A program made the position numbers and the translations under genes. The notes beneath the pieces were generated by a model. The model made no database searches, was not told where the DNA came from, and was given only the letters and a program-made list of their open reading frames with translations. A stretch of 63,210 bases of DNA, the filler included, from Octopus bimaculoides (lineage: Eukaryota), in the NCBI RefSeq assembly GCF_001194135.2. It is 3 parts of 3 records of this genome, joined end to end, with 100 filler letters (N's around TTAATTAATTAA, not from the genome) between each part and the next. Parts side by side here need not be neighbours in the genome. Positions count along the whole stretch, not along the records: positions 47,653 to 63,210 come from NC_069002.1; 2 more parts are not named here. One strand, given 5' to 3'. Every line of letters starts with the position of its first letter. The stretch's first letter is position 1. Shown here in pieces: positions 53,094 through 63,210 of this stretch.

Positions 53094-53701
53094 CACAGAT
53101 TATCACTAATATATATCTAAACTACAATGAAAAGATGAAACAAAAATCGAGCTGGAATTTATTTTGATTTCTAGAATCCGTTTGCATTTTTTTTCACTAT
53201 TTGATGCGTGTGTGCGCGCGTGTGTCTGTGTATTTCTATTTGTGCGTGTGTGTGTATGTGTATGTGTGTGCGCGCGCGCGTTTTGGTTTTTTGTTTCTTT
53301 CTTGCTTTTCTATACGTTTGATTTTTTTTTCTGTTCTTTTACATGCGTATAGGTTTTTGTTTTACTTTTCACTGGTGATTATGGTAACCATGGCAACATA
53401 CCTGAATTATCACGTGAATAGAATTTGCTGCAGCGACGACTAAGCTGCATCAGACCGTTTCTTTAAAACAATTGCTTTCATCGTTGTTGAAGTTGCTGGT
53501 GTTGTTGTTATCAATAATAATAATAATAATAATAATTATTATTATTATCATTATTATTATTATTATAATATTGCTGGGCATTTCTGTATCTGGATTCGGT
53601 TCACTAATTGACTTACTGTTTTCCTCTGTTCTTTCTCTCTTCGTCACACATCTCTCTTTCCTCTCTCTGCATCCCTTGATTTTCCTAACACACACACACG
53701 C

Positions 53702-53736
<35 letters not shown>

Positions 53737-54090
53737 CACAATCACACACATACACAAACACACACACACTTTTTATTCCTTCCCAATGCATTTTCTCTTT
53801 ACATCTGCCTTTTCTGTCTTTCACTTTCCTTCACTCATTCATTCACTCTTTTTCTCTCTCTCTCTTTCTTTCTCTCTCTTTCTTTATCTCTCTTTCTTTC
53901 TCTCTCTCTCTTTCTTTCTCTCTCTTTCTTTATCTCTCTTTCTTTCTCTCTCTTTCTTTCTCTCTCTCTCTTTCTTTCTCTCTCTCTCTCTTTCTTTCTC
54001 TCTCTCTCTTTCTTTCTCTCTCTCTCTTTCGCTCTCTCTCTTTCGCTCTCTCTCTTTCTCTCTTTCTCTCTCTCTTTCTCTCTCTCTCTT

Positions 54091-54131
<41 letters not shown>

Positions 54132-54212
54132 TTCTTTCTTTCTCTTTCTCCCCCCTCTCTCTCTCTTTCTCTCTCTCTGAAGTTCTCCCCTTCTTTCCTT
54201 ACTCTTAGAAAG

Positions 54213-54412
54213 TCGGATTGGCAGAATCGTTAGAGCATCGCAGAAACTTAATTTCTTTTGAATTTTTACGTTCTAAGTTCAAATCAGCCCGAAGTCATCT
54301 TAGTGTTTCGTACTTCGGAGTTTGATAAACTACAATATAAATCACGTACGGTGGACGATGTGATCGATTAGCCTATCCTTCAAAACCCCTAACTTTCTGC
54401 CTAAATTAGAAG
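54213..54412 (+). mobile_element. SINE family B copy
   Basis: gattggcagaatcgttagagcatcg..ttctaagttcaaatc..tttgataaa. Confidence 0.7.
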
Positions 54413-54492
54413 CTACTCGCCTTTCTCTCTTTTCTCCATTTACCCTTCCTACCTCTCACATATCCCACTCTAGCTTTCTCTTTCTCACTGTC

Positions 54493-54535
<43 letters not shown>

Positions 54536-54536
54536 G

Positions 54537-54606
<70 letters not shown>

Positions 54607-55640
54607 ATGTGTGTTAAAGTATGTCATACCGGCCATGATGAAATACCACAAGGTATAGAAAATACGTATTCGCCTTTATATATTTAATCCTTTATATTGA
54701 ACACTCAATATTTTATCTATTCAATAAGACATATTCCATATATTCAATAAGACATTCAATACTTTATTTCATTGTACCATCCATTTTTATATTATATATN
54801 NNNNNNNNNNNNNNNNNNNNNNNNNNNNNNNNNNNNNNNNNNNNNNNNNNNNNNNNNNNNNNNNNNNNNNNNNNNNNNNNNNNNNNNNNNNNNNNNNNNN
54901 NNNNNNNNNNNNNNNNNNNNNNNNNNNNNNNNNNNNNNNNNNNNNNNNNNNNNNNNNNNNNNNNNNNNNNNNNNNNNNNNNNNNNNNNNNNNNNNNNNNN
55001 NNNNNNNNNNNNNNNNNNNNNNNNNNNNNNNNNNNNNNNNNNNNNNNNNNNNNNNNNNNNNNNNNNNNNNNNNNNNNNNNNNNNNNNNNNNNNNNNNNNN
55101 NNNNNNNNNNNNNNNNNNNNNNNNNNNNNNNNNNNNNNNNNNNNNNNNNNNNNNNNNNNNNNNNNNNNNNNNNNNNNNNNNNNNNNNNNNNNNNNNNNNN
55201 NNNNNNNNNNNNNNNNNNNNNNNNNNNNNNNNNNNNNNNNNNNNNNNNNNNNNNNNNNNNNNNNNNNNNNNNNNNNNNNNNNNNNNNNNNNNNNNNNNNN
55301 NNNNNNNNNNNNNNNNNNNNNNNNNNNNNNNNNNNNNNNNNNNNNNNNNNNNNNNNNNNNNNNNNNNNNNNNNNNNNNNNNNNNNNNNNNNNNNNNNNNN
55401 NNNNNNNNNNNNNNNNNNNNNNNNNNNNNNNNNNNNNNNNNNNNNNNNNNNNNNNNNNNNNNNNNNNNNNNNNNNNNNNNNNNNNNNNNNNNNNNNNNNN
55501 NNNNNNNNNNNNNNNNNNNNNNNNNNNNNNNNNNNNNNNNNNNNNNNNNNNNNNNAATGATAGTCAAGAAAAGCAAGGATTGAGATATTAGGGGAGATGT
55601 GTTTGAAAACGTACTGAAAGAGTAACTGAGAGAGAGAGAT

Positions 55641-55673
<33 letters not shown>

Positions 55674-55940
55674 AAGAGGGAGAGGGAGAGGGAGAGAGAG
55701 ACATATAGAGTGGAATAGAAAGAGTAAGAGGGTGAGAAAGAGAGAGCGAGAGTAACGGAAAAGGAGAACGTAGGAGATAACGTGATAAGGTGAGAGTTGG
55801 AAGAGAAATTAGAAAAGAAACAATGTGTAAGACGTTGAGTAGCGAGGGCGGAGGAAGGGTGTTAAAAAATACGGCGTGAAGTATCAATGAAATTCACCAA
55901 TAACAACTGTAGTAGTAGTTGCAGTAGTAGTAGCAGTAGT

Positions 55941-55975
<35 letters not shown>

Positions 55976-56274
55976 TAATGCTGGTAGTGAACCAACGTTA
56001 AGAACAAAGTTGATTTAGAGATAAACTCTAATGGGATGACTTGCCAACTTTAATTAACCAAGTATTTATTTAATTAATGAGATAGCAATCAGAAAATAGC
56101 CTTCACATAACTTCATATTGTGGTGGGTGTTGGAAAGGATAGAAAACGCTGTCCTTAACCTTCTTTGTGGTTGGCAGGGGTGGCGGTGGGGTATTACGTA
56201 CTTGAAATGGCTGATCGGTTGGCTGGAATTATGTTGGTTTTATAACAGCTTCAAACTCCTGCTCGCATAATCCT

Positions 56275-56482
56275 TTTCTACTCTAGGCACAAGGCCCGAA
56301 ATTTTGGGGGAGGGGGCAGTCGATTAGATCGACCTCAGTATGCAACTGGTACTTAATCTATTGACTCCGAAAAGATGAAAGGCAAAATCGACCTCGGCGG
56401 AATTTGAACTCAGAACATAAAGACAGATGAACTACCGCTAAGCATTTCGCCCGGCGTGCTAACGATTCTGCCAGCTCGCCGC
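56275..56482 (-). mobile_element. Best-preserved SINE family B copy (CpG-rich)
   Basis: Minus strand ggcggcgagctggcagaatcgttagcacgccgggcgaaatgcttagcgg..ctgagttcaaattccgccgaggtcg. Further partial minus-strand copies at about 56745-56885, 58040-58135 and 58240-58345. Confidence 0.9.
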
Positions 56483-56893
56483 CTTGTTGTGCTAGCATAA
56501 TGAATGAAACCCGATGCTGGGAAGTTTGATGTTTATAAGTTTTCAAAGGACATTTATAGTAAAACTAAGAGGGATTTGTTTCAATCGGGAATTGAAACCA
56601 GGTCCAAGAACTCGTTTGCAGATAGTGTATGCCATATTGGATGTTATCGCTACTATATTGTTTATAGGTTTAACTTGCTAGTATGAACGAAGACCCTCCG
56701 ATTCTGTTGTTTTGTTTAAACAGTTGAGTAATGTAGAAGTTTCTGTCATAGTTCTGAGGTACTGGATTTGGGGAAAAGCGAGCAGTCGATTACAGCAACC
56801 GCACTGCATTGACTGTTTTTCTTTATTTAATCGATATATGGAGGATGAAAGGTGAAGTTGATCCAGTTGAGGTTTGAACTCGGAAAATTCATA

Positions 56894-57828
56894 CAGTTTG
56901 TTCGGGTTAAATTTTACTGTCTGCATAAAAGAAAAAGACAATACAATATCCAATCGCAAAATAAAAGTATTAAAAAATTTTTTTTTTTAATTATAGCTTA
57001 GATTATGGCTGTGAAATAACACTTTGCTCAAAGTAGATTCCCCCAGCCTTCACCACCGCCTCAACGTAGTTCTAGAAATTGGCGCATGCGTTCCTCGCTG
57101 GGAAGATTTTCGAAGACTTCTTTGATATTCACCACCAGCTTGGTCTTGGTGTTGCAGGCAGAGTGATTCTTGTCTTTCTCAACCGCGGCCCATGCATAGT
57201 AATCCTTGGGATTGCATTTGCGGAAATTAGGAGGCCAGAATTTGGGACTGGTGAAACCGTAGAAGTTCTCTGACAACAACTTCTGACTCTTTCTGGAAGC
57301 TGAATCCTGATGCCACACATATGACCTTCTGGTCAGGGACTGATCAGTCTCCAGCAGTATCACACAACCGTCTGAATTGAGCCTATGCTCTGTTACTGAA
57401 GTTGGTGGATTATTCCGTCGTGCCAACACAGTCAGAATGCCTGTTGTGTCCCTTCCTGCTGGCCACGGCTTCGTAGTCTCCGTTGCAGCAGTCAGTGTCA
57501 CGTCCTAGAGCCTTTATAATGTTCACAAAGAATTGAGCAGCAGTCATGATTTTAGCATTTTGATACCCGTCGCAAATCATCATGATGCAGATAAATCTTT
57601 TCGAACATTCGGATGGCTCCCAGTCCTCTATGTCAGGTACCTTTTTCTCAACTGCAACTTTGATATTTAAACTGACCTACACCGCTGGCTGTTCAGCAAT
57701 AAATCAAGCTGTTCCTGAAAAAAAAAACAAAAAAAAAACAAAAACAAAAACAAAAACAAAAAAGAACAAAGAAGTAGAAACAGAAACAGCGTCAAATTTA
57801 ACCCGAAGAGGATGTTCGGAACATCCTG
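56894..57828 (-). mobile_element. Internally deleted DD37D (maT-type) Tc1/mariner element with both termini
   Basis: TA flanks at 56892-56893 and 57829-57830. The TIR core TTCGGGTTAAATTT is present at both ends in inverted orientation. Peptide RSYVWHQDSASRKSQKLLSENFYGFTSPKFWPPNFRKCNPKDYYAWAAVEKD. Confidence 0.85.
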
Positions 57829-59189
57829 TAGATATAATTAAATACCAAATTGCATTTTGCTCACTTCTTTGCCAGTTCTGCCAATTTGACGGTCATCACT
57901 GAGAACCAAGAATGAACTGGTAGTAAGTAACAATCTTTCGCTAATTATTTTATGTGCCTCTATAGTGAGGAGTAGTTTAAAGTAATTCTTCGCCCCTTCC
58001 ATCTTGACCCAACGAAATATACAGACTGACAGCTGAAGGGAGAAAGAACTGCACCAGCACTCCGTTGGTGCATTCATACTTAACAGCGAAATGATACAAG
58101 ATTCGGCGGTATTTGAACTCAGGACGTAGAAAAGTGGAACAAACATCGCAACTTATTTTATCCATTAATTTAACGAGTCTGTCACTCGTCAGTAAAAATA
58201 TCAATTGTTAATACAGGGCACACATTTAAACGGAAAGAAGAGTCGATTATACCAACCTCAGTATTTTGGCGAATATTGCGTTTTATCAACACAAGAAAGA
58301 TGAAATGTGAAATTGACCTTAGCAGAATTTGACCTTAGTATGTAAAAAGATCAAAAATAAGACTTATGTCATATAATTTCCCCAGCTATAACGTCATGAA
58401 GTTAAACATAGGACTAAATATAAATAATTTCTTCCGCGACAGTGAATTAAAGGTTGGGTTTATAAGGCTTCCAAAAGGAACTTAACTTGAAAGACACAAT
58501 ATAGACAATTCCCAGTGAATAGCATCAAATAACGAAAGACACATTTGCGCATGCCTCTAGCAACATTTGGCCAGCGTCTATATCCCGTTATGCTGATGAG
58601 TTCGAAAGATACTACATCAAGCAGGAAAAGGATTTATGCTGGAACTCCATACATACGCAAAAAAAAAGAAAAGAAAAATTAGATTCCATGAATAAGAGAG
58701 AAGAAATGGATATCGAAGACATTTTAATATCGATAAGAACGCTGCAGTTCTCCATTCTATGATCGATTATAACTCGCTAATAAAGGAGTTGCATATGAAA
58801 ATTACTTCACAATAACCATCGAGAAGTAGATTTTCGTTCTATGCTCATCTTCGTTTTGCAAATAGAGAATAGAAAATACTTCACAAAACGTAATTTTAAT
58901 GTCAAATTGTAATTTACCTCCCTGATACAAATTCATGTAAGCGTAAAAAGACTAGTGTCATTTTCTGTAAACATGTGTATACAAGACAATTAGATCTTTT
59001 TAATAAAGTTATCGTAAATACGATTTATATAGAAGAAGCATCACAGTCTGTACATACACACACACACACACACACACGCACGCACGCACACGCACGCACA
59101 CACACGCACACACACGCACGCACACACACGCACACACACACACACACACACTGGAGTAAGCTTATAAATGCGAAACAATTTGGAAAAAA

Positions 59190-59299
59190 TAGTACTCGAA
59201 TACCAGAGGTAGAGTAATGTGTTTTATTTTAAGCAGCAGAAATATCACAAAAGCTGTTACTCAGAGTTTCACGTTCCCGTTCGTTGGACAGTTTAGTTT
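59190..59299 (-). mobile_element. Penelope-type terminal repeat fragment carrying a minimal hammerhead-like motif
   Basis: Homologous to 35345-35425. Contains the motif at 59254-59291 and a downstream AAATAAA on the minus strand, and is cut by a gap at 59300. Confidence 0.55.
59254..59291 (-). ncRNA. Minimal type I hammerhead ribozyme-like motif (core mutated)
   Basis: CUGU-CCAACGA-ACG(GGAA)CGU-GAA-ACU(CUG)AGU-A-ACAG. Stems I, II and III all pair, GAAA and the GUA cleavage triplet are present, and the core differs from CUGANGA at two positions. Confidence 0.6.
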
Positions 59300-59838
59300 N
59301 NNNNNNNNNNNNNNNNNNNNNNNNNNNNNNNNNNNNNNNNNNNNNNNNNNNNNNNNNNNNNNNNNNNNNNNNNNNNNNNNNNNNNNNNNNNNNNNNNNNN
59401 NNNNNNNNNNNNNNNNNNNNNNNNNNNNNNNNNNNNNNNNNNNNNNNNNNNNNNNNNNNNNNNNNNNNNNNNNNNNNNNNNNNNNNNNNNNNNNNNNNNN
59501 NNNNNNNNNNNNNNNNNNNNNNNNNNNNNNNNNNNNNNNNNNNNNNNNNNNNNNNNNNNNNNNNNNNNNNNNNNNNNNNNNNNNNNNNNNNNNNNNNNNN
59601 NNNNNNNNNNNNNNNNNNNNNNNNNNNNNNNNNNNNNNNNNNNNNNNNNNNNNNNNNNNNNNNNNNNNNNNNNNNNNNNNNNNNNNNNNNNNNNNNNNNN
59701 NNNNNNNNNNNNNNNNNNNNNNNNNNNNNNNNNNNNNNNNNNNNNNNNNNNNNNNNNNNNNNNNNNNNNNNNNNNNNNNNNNNNNNNNNNNNNNNNNNNN
59801 NNNNNNNNNNNNNNNNNNNNNNNNNNTATACATATATA

Positions 59839-61067
59839 CAGGGTGTCCCCCCAAACAAATTTATACATACTTTAACAGCTGATAACTCAACTGATGTTTT
59901 TTCTTTTCAGATGAAAGCCATTGGTGTTAATTATAGAAGTCAGACACTAAGGAAATTCATTCTAAATGTTACTAGAAGCGTGAAAACGCAGTTGAAGTGC
60001 AAAGACAGTTTAGGAGGGAGTTTCAAGCAGATCCGCCAACGCAACTTACCATCACTCTAATTAGTGATAAGTTTGAAGCCGATGGAACTGTTCAAAATGT
60101 CCACGAGAAGAGTTCCGGAAGACCACGAACATTGACAACCCTCACAAAGCAAGAAGTAGTGCTGGAAACGTATCACCAAAGTCCAAGAAAATCTGTGCTA
60201 GAAGCGAGTCGTGAGGTTGGTATTTCAAAATCGTCTTCCAACGCATTTTGAAACGTTGTGAATGGAAAAGTTGCGTTCCAAGATTAGTCCATGCTATTAA
60301 AGACGCTGATCCAGACCAAAGAGTGCAGTATTATGAGTGGTACTTGGCATGATGTGTAGAAGATGCACACTTTCCAACAAAGATCGTGTGGAGTGATGAG
60401 ACCACATTCAAATTAAATGGGTCAATCAACTGCCACAATTGCACCTACTGGGACCTGAGAATCCGCATGTTATGGTACAACACCATATTAATTTAACAGG
60501 CGTTGCAGTGTGGTGTGGCTTATCATCAAGAGGATTAATTGGACCATTCTTTTTTGACACTACTGTGACTGGTCCCGTTTACTTGAACTTGCTGCAACAG
60601 TCTGTCATGCCAAGCATTAGGGAAGACTTTGAAAATGAAGATTTTTATTTTCAGCAAGATCATTCGTTGATGAAATCTTGCCAAACAGGTGGATTGAACG
60701 AATAGGTTTTGTTGAACACCTTCCGCGTTCACCAGACCTCACACCACTAGGCTTTCCTTTTTTTTTATGGGGATACCCAAAAGACAAAGTCTAGGGTATG
60801 AAGCCTGCAACAGTCGCTGATTTGAGGGAAGCCATTGAACGAGAATGCACACAAATACCAAATGAATTGTTTTGTAATGTTTGCGATTCCATTGCTTCGC
60901 GTTGTCAGCAGTGCCTGGAGCAGAACGGACGTCAGTTTGAAAAGAGGCGTTGACAAAATGATTAAATAATATCTGTAGATTCTATTAAATTTTGAGAATG
61001 AAATGTATTTTAATTAACACCTAATTTACAATTATTTAAAGTGTGTATACATTTTTGGGACACCCTT
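59839..61067 (+). mobile_element. Near full-length decayed maT/DD37D-like Tc1/mariner transposon (about 1.23 kb)
   Basis: Imperfect TIRs: CAGGGTGTCCCCCCAAACAAATTTATACATACTTTAA and TTAAAGTGTGTATACATTTTTGGGACACCCT. Peptides [64 protein letters not shown] and PRSPDLTPLGF, with stops and a deletion after QQD. Confidence 0.9.
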
Positions 61068-61186
61068 CATATATAAGTACATACATACATACATACATAC
61101 ATACATACATGCATACATACATATATACATACATACATACATATACATATACATACATAATACATACACACGTATATGCGTGTGTG

Positions 61187-61235
<49 letters not shown>

Positions 61236-62017
61236 GGCGTATGGCTTAATGGTTAGGGTGTTGTACTCACGATTGCGAGATCAAGTGTTCGATTCCCAGA
61301 TCAGGTGTTGCGTTGGGTGTGTGTGTGTGTTTGTGTGCGTGTTTAGATTGTTTGGAGTGGCGTACAAATATCATGTATTAAGAAAAAGAATGTAGTCAGG
61401 ATTTAGAAAAAGAATATTCATTCAGTATTTTCATCTCTTTTGAGATTCGTCATGAATGATATGCTTATAGAAAATTCATACCTTTCATATACATAAGAAA
61501 TAGTAGAAAAAAATCTGGTGTTGAACTTGGAAGAGACTCTTTTGAGACTAGTTGCGAGGTTCTTCATTATTTTGAATCTATATGTGTGTGAATATAGGTA
61601 TTTATATGTGTATGTGTGGTGGGGTGGGATGAGTTCAGAGAGGCTTAGTTAGAGATAGAGAAAAGACAAGGAAGAAAGAAAGGGGTGTTTTCTGAGACGG
61701 TTGACATTGATGCCAGATCAAAAAGTCAAATTACTTTTAGACATTGTGTGATTGACAATATTTTTGATCATTTGACATGTTACCCAGCTGTAGAAAATAG
61801 AATCTAAGAAATTATTTTGGATATTGCAGATTTCTTCCAGAGAGTGTTATTTAGTATATGAATAAATTTTTGTTTGTTATATATTTATCGACACCAAAGT
61901 AATTTAATAAAAGTCGAAGAGAACACTTGCAACGATTTGAACTCAGAGCACAGAGCCGGAACGCATAGCGCAAACCATTCTAGCCGACGCTCGAAAGACT
62001 TAGTGTCGCTGACCAGA

Positions 62018-62056
<39 letters not shown>

Positions 62057-62057
<1 letters not shown>

Positions 62058-62288
62058 CATCCTATGATTGCGTGTATCTCAACCACTCGTTTCCTCTCTC
62101 TCTTCTCTCACTTTTCTCTCTCCTCTCTCTCTTCTCTCTAAATGTGTGTGTATGTGTACGCTTGTATGTGTGCTTCATCCTATGATTGCGAGTACCTCAA
62201 CCATTCTTCTCCCAACCCTCCCTGCTCTACCCACCCCTTTCCCTCTCTACCCCCTCTTCTCCTCTCTACACCCTCTTTCTCTCTAAAT
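62057..62288. repeat. Two diverged units of a composite repeat (29-bp core, CT-rich tract, CTCTAAAT, TG tract)
   Basis: tcatcctatgattgcg(t/a)gta(t/c)ctcaacca at 62057-62085 and 62175-62203; ctctaaat at 62136-62143 and 62281-62288. Confidence 0.85.
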
Positions 62289-63156
62289 ATGTGTGTGTGT
62301 AAATAAAGACAGTTATCTAGATACAGAACACAATTCATCGTCCAATTGATATCTGTTCAATATCCATCATAAAGAGACACAAAACCACTGACCTAGTAAC
62401 CTGTATAATGCGCGCCAAAACGACAGCAATTGATTGGTATTCCTTGATATCGAAAACTCCTGTTCTATTTCTATACGACCTTCCCAACATCTTAAACATC
62501 AATCTTAACCACTCACAAAATATATGTCAGTTATGCTCTCTCACCTCCACCATCGCCTTATTTGCCTCCAACCCCATTCATATCATTATTGTTCGCTCTT
62601 TAGAAATTTTCCAAATATTCTGCACGTTGAAGAATATTTTTAAATATAAATCAAATCAAAACCACATTTTTCTTTTCTTGTAGATATTATTCATCTTTTC
62701 AAACTGATTTTGAATTAAAATTTTACATATTTATGCTGATATGCATGTATGTATGTATGTATGTATGTATGTATGTATGTATGTATGTATGGATGTTTGT
62801 ATGTATGTATGTATGTATGTATATGTGTATGTATGTATGTATATATAAGGTTAAGTACATACTTTACATATAATGTGCACGTACACAAACACACACACAG
62901 ACATCCATACACACACTCAAACAGACACATGTGCACACACAACGTCTATATAATAAACAAACCAAGAGTATAAATGGAATCAATTGATGTCGCTACCTAC
63001 TCAAGGCAACCACGTGACCTGTACGCAGCAATGGAGACCCACATACTCTTAATTGAAACCAATTTTAAATTGTTTTATTTTCTGCATGTAAGGAAGAAGG
63101 CATTTGTTTGCCTGTGAGAAAGTGTAAGTAATGTGAACTCGGGCCAACTGCTATTC

Positions 63157-63210
<54 letters not shown>

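Noticed and set aside
56678-56959. 93-aa ORF with a strong acceptor at about 56922
   Set aside because: It is composed of the transposon 3' end/TIR plus SINE B sequence.
57677-57714. Apparently excellent 38-nt minus-strand host exon (EQLDLLLNSQRCR) with a long pyrimidine tract
   Set aside because: It is homologous to 13838 onward and lies inside the DD37D transposon 5' region, so it is TE sequence. The acceptor itself is reported as a finding.
61735-61787. Minus-strand 53-nt exon candidate (WVTCQMIKNIVNHTMSK)
   Set aside because: It is isolated. Its only apparent partner turned out to be TE sequence, and the donor is moderate.

Overview
AT-rich, microsatellite-laden eukaryotic DNA from a gapped short-read draft assembly. 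The repeat content and (CA)n/(TA)n load suggest a cephalopod (Octopus-like) genome; this is inference. I recognise no intact protein-coding gene, rRNA, tRNA gene or CRISPR array. Most ORF-track entries are microsatellite or N-run translations. The window is dominated by decayed mobile elements: several tRNA-derived SINE families, a mariner truncated by an RTE LINE, three DD37D/maT-type Tc1/mariner copies, MITEs, a Penelope-like (GIY-YIG) retroelement, R4/Dong-like RLE LINEs nested in (TAA)n arrays and a probable Harbinger fragment. The most notable observations are: (1) several minimal hammerhead-ribozyme-like motifs in Penelope-type repeats, the best at 59254-59291 (-); (2) a sharp CpG-depletion boundary near 27-30 kb, suggesting a methylated gene body on the left and a possible divergent promoter region near 29.6-33.5 kb; (3) a splice acceptor conserved just inside the terminus of two copies of one DD37D transposon family; (4) weak, unconfirmed chains of short candidate exons on both strands.
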